Below are positions 1 through 11,867 of a stretch of DNA of 64,000 nucleotides, in pieces (positions within the stretch are counted from its first letter, which is position 1; each line of letters begins with the position of its first letter). Origin of the DNA: Histomonas meleagridis 2922-C6/04-290x (Eukaryota; Protista; Parabasalia); contig JAANOX010000153.1 of assembly GCA_020184695.1 (NCBI GenBank), forward strand, positions 496,001-560,000. The letters run 5' to 3'. The notes beneath the pieces are model-generated. The model saw nothing but the letters and a program-made list of their open reading frames with translations, was not told where the DNA came from and made no database searches. Made by a program: the position numbers and the translations under genes.

Positions 1-685
1 TTCGTTACAAAAAATTCCACAATGATATTTAAAAATTTGTAGTACCATTAAATAGAATACAATCAATATTTTGTATTTATAAAGGTTTTATCAAAATTCC
101 TTCGTTCATTTTAGAGAAATTTTACATTTAAGGAACAACAAATTTCAATATAATAATGCGATATGTGAACTGAAAAACATGTTCAAATATCACAAAAACA
201 TGAAAAAAAAGATTATAATGAAATTAATGTATACTCTGTTTCATACAAATCAGAAGAATTTCAATAATTGAATAAAGTTATTCATTAAAATAATGCAATT
301 TAAATAAGAAATGCAATTATTGTAAATTTTGATAAAAATAGAAAATAAATTGTATTTAGTGTAATTACATCAGCAACTTCAATTTGGGAGCATGTGTTGA
401 ATAATTTTTACATAAAATGATTATGTTATATCAACAAAAATGAACAAAAGGTTTTAGCAACATGTTTCTTTGTGATGCGGTTTTTAAGTTGACTTTTTGT
501 GTGTGATGTTAACTTTTTGTAAGCTCATTCAAATATTTGAAATCAAAAAACAAAAATATCCAAAAAATATTTGAATGAATTCATTTAAAGACATGTGACA
601 TATGGTTTAACCCCTATGTTTATTAATATTTTTAAAATATATATAAATCCCATTGTGGAATTTTTCGCTTACTTTACTATTAAAA

Positions 686-1885
686 AACATCAAATTTAAT
701 TAATTCCCAAATATAATTTAAAAATTAAAAATTATTAAAACAAACAAAAAATAGAACAAATAAATATCTTTAGCATTAATATCAATTCCTTTTTGCTATA
801 AAATGTATGTAACAAGTTCAATATTTCCTGAAAATAAAGCAAAAACTAAAATATTTTCTGGAAGTTGATTATTTTTTAGGAAATATTTTACAAGAAAAAA
901 ATTTCCAATTTTTGCTGCTTTATTTATGATATGTTCATTATTTTTCATTTCTTCTTTTTCATTTATTCTTTTTCCAAATATGTAAAAATTTCATAATTAA
1001 AATATGAAACACATTTTTTCCCTAATTTTTTTAAAATATTAATATCTTGGATTTTATTTTCATATAGATAATGAAAAATGTAATTTCGATGAAACTTAAT
1101 TACTGTTTTATATGCATTTTCAAATGACGAATGATTTTGCTCACATAAATGAATAATTTCTTCATTTCCTCCTGTAACTGCATGTTTACCTGTGTTATAT
1201 ACATTAGCACCATTCATAAGTAAATATTTAAAACATTTAACTGCAGAAAAAAATGCTGCATAATCGATTAATGTAACATATTTTTTATTAATAAATGAAC
1301 ATCTTTCATAAAGTGATGGTTCAATAAATTGATTAAAATCAAAATTTGTTTGTGATGATATTTCTTGAAGTTTTTCTATTTCATCATTACGAATTATTTT
1401 CGCAATAACATTAGGATTAACTCCTTCTTTAGTTAATTGCTTATGAAGTTCCCAATCATTCTTCGAAAGTTCTTTATAAGCAATATTTTCCTGATCAAAT
1501 AAAGATTTAATATATAAATTAATATTTTATTTATCTTGATTAATATGAACAAAAAATGGTTTACGTATATTTTGAATGATTTTTGATTCAAGTAAATTAT
1601 GCTTAATCATGTAATTAAGTAAATAAAATGATTCTTGTGTGTTTTCTTTTAAGAAGAAATTGAGAAAATAAATTTATTATTTTTGAGTCGATTTTATTAT
1701 TTACTTCATATTTTTCAATTTCCTGTAATAATCTCAAATATATACCAAAATATTATTATCAATCAGAAGAGATGTATATATCATTCTACTCATAATTATA
1801 TCATAAGATATTGGATATTTTTTACAAAATTTGCTGAAAATAAAATTTGATGATTGAGCAAAATTATCTATTATCATATTCACAC
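686..1885 (-). pseudogene. Decayed DUF3447-ankyrin repeat gene
   Basis: Minus-strand pieces translate to the family N-terminus (DNFAQSSNFIFSKFCKKYPISYDIIMSRMIY), the DUF3447 core (VTLIDYAAFFSAVKCFKYLLMNGANV..KHAVTGGNEEIIHLCEQ) and an ankyrin end (QKGIDINAKD). These are broken by in-frame stops and frameshifts and followed by a relic 17+3 spacer array (765-706). Confidence 0.85.
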
Positions 1886-1889
1886 GATT

Positions 1890-2036
1890 GATAAAAACAT
1901 CAAGTATTTCGAAACGAGTGCAGAAACTAATGATGGAATTGATGTGATGTTCCAAACTATTGCAGAACAGTATTTGAATTCAAATGTAAATGAAAATACT
2001 GTTCCCGATCCCGATTCCAAAATTGTAAACGTGTAA
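1890..2036 (+). pseudogene. C-terminal fragment of a Rab-type small GTPase
   Basis: KYFETSAETNDGIDVMFQTIAE matches the G5 motif and helix 5 of Rab GTPases. No G1-G4 motifs upstream and no C-terminal cysteines. Confidence 0.6.
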
Positions 2037-2376
2037 TTATAAGTAGTAAATGTTTATGTGTTGTTTTCCCAGAAATGGAATAAACGGTATTGATGTTACG
2101 TTCTAGTCAAAGAATAACAAAATGCAAAATCATGCAAAATGTTACAAAAGTTGCAAGCAAAGGGCTCGTTCAAAACCAACGATAAAAAACCACACAAATG
2201 GCGAAACAACCATAAAAAATCGTCAAATGACACACAAATAAATCCGAATTATCAATATGTATATAATTCAATTACGTCTTTTCAATCAAATGAACGTTCA
2301 TTTTGTCAATATTAAGAAGTTTACAAAAACAAGATAAAATTTTATTATTATTAAAAAAATTCAAAACAACTTTGGA

Positions 2377-3453
2377 ATGGATCCATACGGAAATGTGTAT
2401 AAACAACCCGTAATGACGATGCCTCTTAACGACATTACACCAGACTATGCAGCAGACAGTGTTGCGTCACAACAAGTCTATGATGATCATTATCATCATG
2501 ATGATGATTCAAGTGATTCATCAAGGGCATGCAAACGCTTTTCAAAGTGGTATCGTGTCGCTGGTTTAATCATTGTTATATTCTTTCTGGTTTACATGAT
2601 AAGTTTGTTTGCCATTTATTATCAAGAGTACAATGAAACCAAAAGCTCAAGTTCTACAACTCTTGTTAGCGTTCCTGTTTCTGTTCCAGTTTGTCATTTT
2701 ATTCTTTGCGCCGTAGCTGTTATCTTTGGTATTTTCCTCATTTTCACCAACAAGCCCCTTCACCGTACTTTTGCTATGGTAGCTGGCTTACTATTTTTAA
2801 TCTTCTGGGTTGTGAATAGTGTTGTTGCAAGTCAAACAAGTGTTTATAAAGCTGCCCAAAACAACATGAGTCCATCTTCTTATCAAGAATTAACCACCCA
2901 AATACGAAGCTCAGTTCCACAAGTGTCAATCCGGGTATCAGGATCATATGACGATTATTATTATTATACTGATGATGAAGGTAGAACACATTATGAGAAA
3001 AGAGTTATTCAGTACAGTACTCCATACGTCACGTTTGATGCAACTTCGTCAACAGATAACTCAAGATTTCCAAATATAAATAATACTAATGATGAACTTA
3101 TTTATGTTCAACTAGACAAAGACATCCAATGGACAAAAGCCGCGTTGGATAACATCCAGTCACTCAAAAGTCAATTTTTGTCTGCAATGAAATACAAATA
3201 TGATCTTTATAATTGGAAAGTAAGTGATTCTATTACACTCCCAAATTACATAGAATCAACAGTTGTGTCCGATACCAAGCTGGAAGGAGTGCTATCTTCA
3301 ACATCGAGATATTTGTTATCAATATTTTGGGCACCAGCTGCCTATATATATAAATTGGCGGCATCAACACTTTACATGAGAGGGAAGGTGATTAAATTGA
3401 ATTGCTACGTAAGCAGTGGTCCATATGACTTCTCTAAATACCCGATGAACTAA
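2377..3453 (+). CDS. Multi-pass membrane protein, TMEM151-like
   Basis: Intact 358-aa ORF with three N-terminal hydrophobic segments, a soluble domain (P-x-V-S-I..Y..R...V..) and a C-terminal hydrophobic segment (LLSIFWAP). The layout resembles the TMEM151 family; family call is from memory of motifs only. Confidence 0.5.
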   Translation: MDPYGNVYKQPVMTMPLNDITPDYAADSVASQQVYDDHYHHDDDSSDSSRACKRFSKWYRVAGLIIVIFFLVYMISLFAIYYQEYNETKSSSSTTLVSVPVSVPVCHFILCAVAVIFGIFLIFTNKPLHRTFAMVAGLLFLIFWVVNSVVASQTSVYKAAQNNMSPSSYQELTTQIRSSVPQVSIRVSGSYDDYYYYTDDEGRTHYEKRVIQYSTPYVTFDATSSTDNSRFPNINNTNDELIYVQLDKDIQWTKAALDNIQSLKSQFLSAMKYKYDLYNWKVSDSITLPNYIESTVVSDTKLEGVLSSTSRYLLSIFWAPAAYIYKLAASTLYMRGKVIKLNCYVSSGPYDFSKYPMN

Positions 3454-3741
3454 GTGAATAAATGCCAATTTTGAGTTAAATGAAATATTTTGTGGTACTC
3501 AGCTGTTTGATGGTATTTATGTGAATTTGTTAATTTTTTCTGGTTGTAATTTCACTCACTTCAATTAGATTGATCATTGGGTTCATAAAGAGATTCCTTT
3601 AGAATATCTGTGAAAGATTTCATCTGTTTATTAATTTGATCAGTTGTAATAACTCGTAAGTTAAATAAAATGTTTTTTGTGATTTAACGTTCCCTTCATT
3701 CAAATAATTGAATTCATAACTAGTCGATCAGTCAAATAAAA

Positions 3742-4488
3742 ATGGAAGAAAATCAACAAATTGTTTTACCAGGTGAAGTTATTTCAGATACGACTGAAAA
3801 TTATATGTGTGGTTCAGGTGTATCAGTTCGAGATGGGAAGATTATATCTACAGTTCGTGGTTATGTTACACAATTAGTCAGTTAATCTCAGTAACACCAA
3901 TTACATCAATTTATTATGCCAATGTAGGAGATATTGTTGTAGGGCGAATTTCACAAGTATTAAAACAACGATGGAAAGTTCAAATATCAAGTTCAGTTTT
4001 AGCAAATCTTCGTTTATCATCTATTTATCTTCCAGATGATCAATTTCGACGACGTACTACTACAGATGAACGAAATATGCGTCAATATTTTGATGTTGGA
4101 GATATTGTTTGTGCAGAAGTTCAACAAATTCAAACGGATGGAGTCATTTTTCTTCATACTCGCCAACAACATCCACGTCGTCTTGAGAATGGTTTTGTTA
4201 TTGAAGTTCCATCACGTTTGATCAAACGAGTTCAATTTCATATTTCTAGTTTTTTAATTGATAATTTTCAATTTAATTTTATTTTTGGACTTAATGGAGT
4301 TATTTGGTTATCACCGACAGAACCATCATCGATTTATCTTATTCCGCGCATTCGAAATTGTATTATTTTGCTTGCGACATATCAACAACTTATTTCGACA
4401 GAATCAATTCAAGAAATATATCAACTGACGAACAATATTCCAGTTGACAAAATCGTCAGTGTAGAAACAGTTGAAACATTGTCACTAT

Positions 4489-4496
<8 letters not shown>
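3742..4496 (+). CDS. RRP4: Exosome subunit Rrp4, copy A (apparent -1 frameshift at ~3872)
   Basis: ATG at 3742 (MEENQQIVLPGE), then VGDIVVGRI..RWKV..DERNMRQYFDVGDIVCAEVQ..DG...LHTR. 755 nt to the stop, one A short (ACACAATTAG versus ACACAAATTAG in copy B). Confidence 0.9.
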
Positions 4497-4520
<24 letters not shown>

Positions 4521-5201
4521 GTGAACAAAAAAACATAAATTAATGAATGAATAAATTATAAATAAATATATTATATTTTGATATTGAATATTAAAATATA
4601 TTTTTATGAGAATTTTGACAAATGAAAAGTTCAAAATTTCAAATTGTTATGAGTTGTTGTATAGACAAACTCTCAATGCTAAGTCAACATATAGAATGAA
4701 TTTTTAATTGTTTTGATATACAAATGGAACAATTTGTGATTGCAGATATTTTATGAGTTTATCAAAGAAATACATCAAATGAAATTGAAATAATTTTGAT
4801 TTATGGTTTCACTGTAAAAATTATTAGTTTTTTTACAACATATAAATTTTGTTATTTCTTTTCATATATGAATTGTAAAAGCGGTCTATAAATTAATATA
4901 AAATGATGGTTAGATTTAACGTAATGTTTTTGGTAATTGAATGTAAAAGTTGAATTGTTAATTCTACATAGTGGTGGATATCATACAAAATTAATGAAAT
5001 TCATAAGATTCCTTCATTGAAAGGAAACCAGATGAAGAACAACAATTTATTTCTTTTCTTGATTAAATTTATTGCTTATACTTACCAATGATATTATCAT
5101 TTCTTAAAAAATACCAAAAAAAAGAATATATTTAGTATATATTTTAAAATATTTATCAAGCGCAATCTAATTTGCCTTTGTATATTATCACAACAAAAAC
5201 A

Positions 5202-6266
5202 TCAATTTCTTTCTAATTCACTTTTTGCCAAGTAAATCCATTGATCCAAAACTTGTTGCTCTTCTTCAATTTTTTTAATTTTCTGCTGCAGCAAATTATT
5301 CTGTTTTCGATATGAATTCATTTTAGCGAATGATGACGTATAAAATGTTTTATCTTGTTGCTCGCTTTCTTGTAATTTCTTTAGCATTTCTTCCATTTTC
5401 TCTATGTTTGTTGTAGCTTCTTGTAACTTTTGGTTATATTTTTTAACAATTTGCGATTTTAACATGTTTAATGAATTCTCTTTGTTCTTAAGTGAAAGAA
5501 TTGTAAACTCAAAACGTTCGTTTTCTTTCGATATTTGTGCATCTAATATTCGAAGATGGTTGGATGAAAGTGCATCACGCTTTTCTTCTTCACTTTTTAG
5601 ATGATTAAAAAGTGAAGATTTGCCTTCGTTTAAAGATTTTATTGAATCAAGACATTTGGATTCAAACGATTTAAATTGTTCTTGTTCTTGATTAAGTAGT
5701 ATAGTATATTGATCAACTTCACTTTGAATACTTTGAACTCGGAATTCTTGAAAGGGATCTTGAGTTATTTGAGATGAAGTAAGATTGATAGATTTGAGAA
5801 ATTCTGTTTCGTGGTCTTCTGCTTTAGCTTTTTCTAGTGACGATGTAAGATTGTTTAACTCGATTTGATCTGTGATTTGTTGAATTTCATGGGATAACTT
5901 AATCCAATTATCAGATTCATTGTTAAATCCAGAAATGGTAGATTCAATTTCTGATATTTCTTTTTGTTGTGTTTTTATTATGAGTTGGATTTCTTTTTCT
6001 TGTTGAGCTTTTTGCTTTTCAATCGAATTTTCATAATTTTTTCGAGCCTTATCTATTTGTTTTTGAATTTCCAATAATTCTTCTTCTTGTTCTTCCTTCC
6101 TTTGATCAGAATTAAAATATAATAAAAAATCTTTTAATTCATCTATTTTTGATTTCAAGTTTTCGATTTCTGCGCTTCCCATATCAAGTGACAAAAAGTC
6201 TAAATCAGAAACAGACATGTCTTCACTTGAATTTGTTGTAGATTTGTTCTCCATGCTGCTTTCCAT
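5202..6266 (-). CDS. Hypothetical coiled-coil protein
   Basis: Intact 354-aa E/K/Q-rich ORF, divergently transcribed from the adjacent E2 gene. Confidence 0.75.
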   Translation of the reverse strand: MESSMENKSTTNSSEDMSVSDLDFLSLDMGSAEIENLKSKIDELKDFLLYFNSDQRKEEQEEELLEIQKQIDKARKNYENSIEKQKAQQEKEIQLIIKTQQKEISEIESTISGFNNESDNWIKLSHEIQQITDQIELNNLTSSLEKAKAEDHETEFLKSINLTSSQITQDPFQEFRVQSIQSEVDQYTILLNQEQEQFKSFESKCLDSIKSLNEGKSSLFNHLKSEEEKRDALSSNHLRILDAQISKENERFEFTILSLKNKENSLNMLKSQIVKKYNQKLQEATTNIEKMEEMLKKLQESEQQDKTFYTSSFAKMNSYRKQNNLLQQKIKKIEEEQQVLDQWIYLAKSELERN

Positions 6267-6291
6267 TTCTTTTAACGTACACAGAAAGATT

Positions 6292-6298
6292 AACGGTT
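6292..6298 (+). promoter_or_regulatory. M3-type core promoter motif (AACGGTT) in a 70-bp bidirectional promoter
   Basis: Matches the Trichomonas M3 consensus [AGT][AG]C[GC]G[TC]T. The same heptamer lies shortly upstream of start codons at 27003, 38914, 46115-46121 and 52829-52835. Confidence 0.5.
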
Positions 6299-6335
6299 AT
6301 GGTTTACAAAAAGTGACATCCCGACCAACTTTCAG

Positions 6336-6782
6336 ATGGCACAAAGAAAGCTCTCAAACGAGTTCAAGAAAGTTCAAGCATCCACCGAAGGCATCTCTGC
6401 CGAACTTGTTGGTGGTGATCTTTTTCATTGGAAGGCACATGTTAAAGGACCAGAAGGAACTCCTTATGAAGGAGGTGATTTCATTATCGATATGAAATTC
6501 CCATTTGACTATCCTCTCAAACCACCTCAGTGCAACTTTGATACAAAAATTTACCATCCAAATGTTGGTTCACACGGAGAAATTTGTCTTGACATTTTAT
6601 CTAAAAGTTGGACACCAATAGAAAATGCAACGAAAGTTTTGTTGTCACTTTACTATTTACTTTCGACTCCAGATCCAGATGATTCGTTGTCAGCTGAAAT
6701 TGCTGCACAATACAAAGATGATCGTGCTGCTTTCACCCAAAAAGCTAAAGAATGGACCGAAACATATGCCAAGCCCCAATGA
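6336..6782 (+). CDS. Ubiquitin-conjugating enzyme E2 (UBC4/UBC1-like)
   Basis: GPEGTPYEGG, FPFDYPLKPP and YHPNV..GEICLDIL with the catalytic Cys. Confidence 0.95.
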   Translation: MAQRKLSNEFKKVQASTEGISAELVGGDLFHWKAHVKGPEGTPYEGGDFIIDMKFPFDYPLKPPQCNFDTKIYHPNVGSHGEICLDILSKSWTPIENATKVLLSLYYLLSTPDPDDSLSAEIAAQYKDDRAAFTQKAKEWTETYAKPQ

Positions 6783-7087
6783 AAGTCATTAAATAAATTT
6801 TTCTAAAACAATTTCATATACTAATTTTTCCAACACACAATCATATTATTCTAAATTTTTTTCTTATGATTCATCAATTCGTAAGACATGTAGAAAACAT
6901 TAAAATTTTAGCTTTAATACATTGATTCAAGTGGAAATTTCGGTCAGAAATCGTCACATCGGCGACTTTTTCAATACAAAAATCTGCCAAAAACATTCGA
7001 CGGTTTGGTGATGGAAATGAGAAAATTTGTCAAATGGAAAACGTTTGTTTGCTTTTTGAAAAGTTATAATTGGTCAGGTTATTTAAC

Positions 7088-7555
7088 ATGACAACATCCG
7101 CTGCAAGGCGTCGTCTTTTACGTGACTTTCGTAAGCTTCAGGCTGACCCACCTGTGAACATAACAGCTGCCCCAGAAACAGATAATATAATGAAGTGGAA
7201 CGCTGTTATTTTCGGCCCTGAAAAATCTGATTGGGAAGACGGAATTTTTAAGCTTACTATGACCTTTAGTGAAGAATACCCTCATAAGGCTCCAGAGGTG
7301 AAGTTCACAACACCCGTATTCCATCCAAATGTATACCGAAGTGGTGCAATTTGCTTGGATATATTACAACACAACTGGTCACCTGCATATGATATATCAT
7401 CTATCTTGACTTCTATTCAATCATTGCTGACTGATCCAAATCCAGCTTCACCTGCAAATGCAGAAGCTGCCCGCCTCTACAATGAAAATAGGCCAGAGTA
7501 TAGCAGAAGAGTTAGACAATGCGTAGAGGACTCATGGAACCAGACAGCCGAATAA
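7088..7555 (+). CDS. RAD6: Ubiquitin-conjugating enzyme E2, Rad6/UBC2
   Basis: ATG at 7088. [23 protein letters not shown]-terminus, [25 protein letters not shown] and [13 protein letters not shown]. Confidence 0.92.
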   Translation: MTTSAARRRLLRDFRKLQADPPVNITAAPETDNIMKWNAVIFGPEKSDWEDGIFKLTMTFSEEYPHKAPEVKFTTPVFHPNVYRSGAICLDILQHNWSPAYDISSILTSIQSLLTDPNPASPANAEAARLYNENRPEYSRRVRQCVEDSWNQTAE

Positions 7556-8161
7556 AAATTTCAATTACCGATAATCTAATTCTTTATTTTCCAAATTATG
7601 AAAATTAAATCAAACTCTTTTTTTAAAAGAAAAATAATGATTTTACATCAAACACATCATCAGAATTCTGTTTTTATATTCGCTTGTCAAACAATATTTG
7701 CCGATTCATTTCATCAGTATCATTCCAACTTCCGTTCAATTTAAGTTTTAGAATATAAACATGAATGTTTTGTTGATATTTGTTATTTTATGTGAGGATA
7801 AAAGTAATTGTACAATTAGTTCTTTAAAACTCTACTAAAGCATAAAACAATTGTTGAATTTGAAATTAAATTTGCTCTTAATTCACAAACACATTCTGTA
7901 TCAGCATCATTTGCTTTTTGGTCAGGAACAAAATTCGCACTAAAATTGATATCAACCTTATGTTAAGAACCAATTTTGCGATTCTCATGATTCACTTAGG
8001 TTCTCTCTCTCCAACGAAATTATTTGCATTTTGGCATAAGCAAAAAGTTTTTCTTATTGATATTCGCTTTACTTTCGGATGTGTACATTTGACCAAATCC
8101 TTGGAAAAAAATGTTTTTCAGCTGAAATTCGTGACAAATTTTAAATACAAAATTTCAAATT

Positions 8162-11083
8162 TTACTTTCTTTTTGATGATCGTTTCGAGTGAGAACTGTG
8201 TCTCCTTTCGTCATCACTGTCATCAAATCTATGTGCATGTCTTGCGTCTGCTGCCTTTGCCTCTTCTTCTAACTGTCTCCAATCTTGACCTTCATCAGAT
8301 GAATCTTCATAACCGCCTTCATCCTCATCTTCATCTGGGACGGCATCAAATTCTTCGTCATCATCGTCGTCATCGCTTTCATCAAATTCGCTATCACCTG
8401 GATCGAATTCAGATGATTCATCTTCATCGTCAGATTCATCTTCGTCCTGTAAGAAAGCGTCCCAACCACCTTCTTTATTGAAGCTCTCGAGCTTCTTTCT
8501 AATTGTTGGCATTACCTTCTTCCAATCGATATTACTTCTCAATACATAAGGTTTCCTATTATCAAGAATCACATCCAGCCAACCATTAATTCGTTCTTGA
8601 TACTCGACATCAATTGTAGAGATCGTAATAAATGAAGTTTGGTTTGCGTCTTTTGTTTCCCATCCAGTGAGGATGAACGTTAAGTCAAACGTTCTCGCCG
8701 ATGGCCTCAACCGCTCGAAAACCGCTAACTCGATATCGTACCGCATAAAAACAAACGGTGCGTCCGTCGGTTGTATTGAAACTAAGGCGGTTATTGTTGG
8801 CATCAAATAAACTTTCGATTTGTCAAGAACGCCATAAAACCCAAGCGATCTCTCAGGCTTTTCTATCTTTGACGTGAAGCCATCAAGATCTCTCACTGCA
8901 CGGACGAATGCACGGAATTCACCATTAATCTTTTTTCTGATTTTTCGTTCACGTTCTTCCTCAGCAAATTCAGCATGATCATTCATGCCACTCATTCCAC
9001 GAGCAGAAGTATCAACTGAACTTTCAACTACTTGCTTGTAGAAGGTCACATGTACTGTGCCTTTGTTTGCAATTTTAATTGGCTTCTTTAGCAAAAAGTG
9101 CAGAACGGTGAATGTTTCATTCTTTGACATTTGTAATATACCAAGTCGAATGTTCTTATAGAAGATAATTTGTTGATCACCTGATGTGGATCGATAACGG
9201 AAAGCGTTTTTATGGGCTTCAAGATTACCAGAATTCTTTTTACCAGTTAAGGCAGGTTTGATATGTAAGTTCCCACCTCCAATTCTTGGGATATTTCCTT
9301 CAAGCTTCTCAAACTTCTCTGTGTTTTGGAATAGGTCTTTATCATCACGTCGTTTCTTCATTTCTGCAGCATATTGTTGTTTAAGTTTTGTGATTTGTTT
9401 CGCAATAGCTGTAAATTTACCAATGCCTTGCGTAGAAAACATTAAGCTTTTGATGTAAACATACTTAGAGTTTTCAGGTGGTATATTCTTTGGGACGTCA
9501 AATTGTATTGACAAATTTGAAAATTTGGATTCAACTTCTTCTTCTTTCGATTGTTTAACTGTGCTAATGTGGAATGGTACCATGATACCATAGATTGGTA
9601 AGAGTACTGTTTTGGCTTCCGGATCAATAGCAATACGATTAGTTTTGCCTCGTAATCGATTACTTGGGATATGCATTGGATTCTCATATGAGATTTGATT
9701 ATCAAATGATTGTTCTTGTTGACCAACTTTCTCGGTTCGTTCCCAATCTTTAGCTTCTTTAAATTGTTCAAGAATTTGTGCTGTTCTTTTTTGTTCTTTG
9801 TCAACCTTCTTTTCTTTCTTAGAATGACCACGTGTTCTTTCAATCATACTAGAGTTATCGTTAAGTAAATCTTCAATCACTTTTTTCTCTGCTGAGGTAT
9901 CTAAGTTATAAGCAACATATTTATATTTGTATGGAAGCTTTGATAAGCGTTTAACTTCTTCTGGTAATACTTGGACAGTGTCTGTGATTTGTAATGAAAA
10001 TGGAGGATTAGGCTCATCGTCGGGAACGTTAGCGAGTGAAGTGATGATGAGAAGTGAAGTTCCCTCTTTGATGAAGGTGTTTGTATCGTTTTTGATGGGG
10101 TGGTGGTCCGTTGAAATTTGAATGCCGATGAAGGAACCAATGGATTCTGGAACATAAGGCTTAAATTCTTCATCAATAGAATTAACAAATGATTGATATA
10201 TGTCTTCACATGTGGCACCTACTTTAATTGCTGAAATTGCTGCATTAAAACCTCGAACAAGAGATTTATATGCTGCCTTTTGCCTTTTGGTGGGATTAAC
10301 TATATATGTACGTCCAGTAACACCAACATATGACTTAAATCTAACACCAATAGTTGAACATATAATATCATCTGTGATACTACCAACACATTCAGGTGGA
10401 TATGATAAATCTACATTTGTACCACATGATATGGCTGGTGGAAAGGCTGGAAATACATCGCTTTGTTTGAACTTAAGACCAATTGCATCTGGCTTATTCA
10501 ACTCAGCTTCAACAACTCGTGATAATTCCCTGCATTCTGTTGGTTCGTGATCTTGGATGATAGAAAAAAGATTCTTTTCAAGGATTTTTTGGGTTGCATG
10601 ATCAGCTATCTTCACTGCATTTCTGGTTCTGGTAAGTTCTGAATTCTCATGAACAATTAAGATTTCTTCGAGCTCAAAATCGGATTGAACTGTTGGCATA
10701 TCTGCTAAAAAGGCTTCATTTATCCAATCTCCTGATACACCTAAATGACTGAATCCTTTTTCTTTTATGAAAGAAACGGCATGTTCTTGGACTTCATCTT
10801 GAAATTTTGAAACTTTTAAAAATGGTAATCTGAGAAAATCAGTTATTGAATCATATTGTTTGGATGTAATAAAAACATTAATGGCTTCAGGTTCAAGAAC
10901 TACATAAACAAGTGGTTCAAGGTTTTGGAAAAGCCAAACATAAAGAGAATCATCTAGGGTGTAAATATGTTTTCTTTCTCTTGGATGAGAGACAATTAAA
11001 ATAGCATCAAATTTGAGCCTGTTGTCTTCGGTCCAAAATGATTTCTGAAGAAGTTCAAAGCGAGTTTGGAGAATTGACGACAT
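8162..11083 (-). CDS. SPT16: FACT complex subunit Spt16
   Basis: Peptidase-M24-like N-domain (CSTIGVRFKSY), LLPIYGIMVPFHISTVK, LEAHKNAFRY, RSLGFYGV and an acidic C-terminal tail. First ATG at 11083. Confidence 0.95.
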   Translation of the reverse strand: MSSILQTRFELLQKSFWTEDNRLKFDAILIVSHPRERKHIYTLDDSLYVWLFQNLEPLVYVVLEPEAINVFITSKQYDSITDFLRLPFLKVSKFQDEVQEHAVSFIKEKGFSHLGVSGDWINEAFLADMPTVQSDFELEEILIVHENSELTRTRNAVKIADHATQKILEKNLFSIIQDHEPTECRELSRVVEAELNKPDAIGLKFKQSDVFPAFPPAISCGTNVDLSYPPECVGSITDDIICSTIGVRFKSYVGVTGRTYIVNPTKRQKAAYKSLVRGFNAAISAIKVGATCEDIYQSFVNSIDEEFKPYVPESIGSFIGIQISTDHHPIKNDTNTFIKEGTSLLIITSLANVPDDEPNPPFSLQITDTVQVLPEEVKRLSKLPYKYKYVAYNLDTSAEKKVIEDLLNDNSSMIERTRGHSKKEKKVDKEQKRTAQILEQFKEAKDWERTEKVGQQEQSFDNQISYENPMHIPSNRLRGKTNRIAIDPEAKTVLLPIYGIMVPFHISTVKQSKEEEVESKFSNLSIQFDVPKNIPPENSKYVYIKSLMFSTQGIGKFTAIAKQITKLKQQYAAEMKKRRDDKDLFQNTEKFEKLEGNIPRIGGGNLHIKPALTGKKNSGNLEAHKNAFRYRSTSGDQQIIFYKNIRLGILQMSKNETFTVLHFLLKKPIKIANKGTVHVTFYKQVVESSVDTSARGMSGMNDHAEFAEEERERKIRKKINGEFRAFVRAVRDLDGFTSKIEKPERSLGFYGVLDKSKVYLMPTITALVSIQPTDAPFVFMRYDIELAVFERLRPSARTFDLTFILTGWETKDANQTSFITISTIDVEYQERINGWLDVILDNRKPYVLRSNIDWKKVMPTIRKKLESFNKEGGWDAFLQDEDESDDEDESSEFDPGDSEFDESDDDDDDEEFDAVPDEDEDEGGYEDSSDEGQDWRQLEEEAKAADARHAHRFDDSDDERRHSSHSKRSSKRK

Positions 11084-11381
11084 GCACCAAAATAAAAACC
11101 GCTCACTTAGACCATTCAAAGTTGCTTAAAAGTAAACGGATATGAACTCTATCGGCTGTTTCATGAAAACGAAATCTGCGATTAATGGAGATGACTTAGG
11201 GTAAATTAACAAATGGTAGCTAAGCCAATCTTTGTTTGTTAGATAAACAATAACGTTTTTTATTGCCAATCATAAATCATAAATTCATGAAATTATTTTT
11301 ATTTTTAGTCCATACGTTATCTACTAGCGTATTGAGAAGGATTATTAAAAAAAAATGCAAAATTGATAACAAAGAAGATAT

Positions 11382-11867
11382 TTAAAAACCTGTGATAGCA
11401 CGGATCGCTTGACCTAGTAATGCACCATCGTCTTTTAGCTTTGTCCTCGCAGCAATTACTTCAGGATCACCTTCGAAAATAAATCCTTGTTCAATTGTTT
11501 CATCAAGGAGCAAATATAGTAAATCAATTTGACGAATTAGTGATTCAGAGTTTACCTTTCCTTTATAAACAAGCCTAAGTGAAGTACAAATTGTTTCAAG
11601 TACTTCTGCTAATAATAATTCATTTGATTTCAAATCACCTACAACGAAAATTAGAACATCACTAATTTCACGATACACAATGATAAATTCATCATGTTGC
11701 ATCACTTCTCCAAATTGTTCTTCAAAACCTCTTTTAAAAACATTTTTCTCAAATGATATTCTTTGATCTTCTGGAATGCTTTGTGTATAGTATTTCGCAA
11801 TTACTCTTGTGCCTGTTGTTGAATATATGAAAACAGATTGGATCCTGGTCAGGTCCTCGATTCCCAT
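11382..11867 (-). CDS. COPZ1: Coatomer zeta subunit (longin / AP-small-chain fold)
   Basis: GTRVIAKYY..FEKNVF, DVLIFVVG...NELLLAEVL and LLYLLLDETIEQGFIFEGDPEVIAAR. Confidence 0.85.
   Translation of the reverse strand: MGIEDLTRIQSVFIYSTTGTRVIAKYYTQSIPEDQRISFEKNVFKRGFEEQFGEVMQHDEFIIVYREISDVLIFVVGDLKSNELLLAEVLETICTSLRLVYKGKVNSESLIRQIDLLYLLLDETIEQGFIFEGDPEVIAARTKLKDDGALLGQAIRAITGF

Noticed and set aside
200-420. Possible BspA-like LRR remnant
   Set aside because: Only a vague VITSATSIWE resemblance amid multiple stops.
7918-8481. 187-aa His/Arg-rich plus-strand ORF
   Set aside because: Antisense shadow of the acidic GAT/GAA-rich tail of SPT16. The other short ORFs overlapping conserved genes were dismissed for the same reason.
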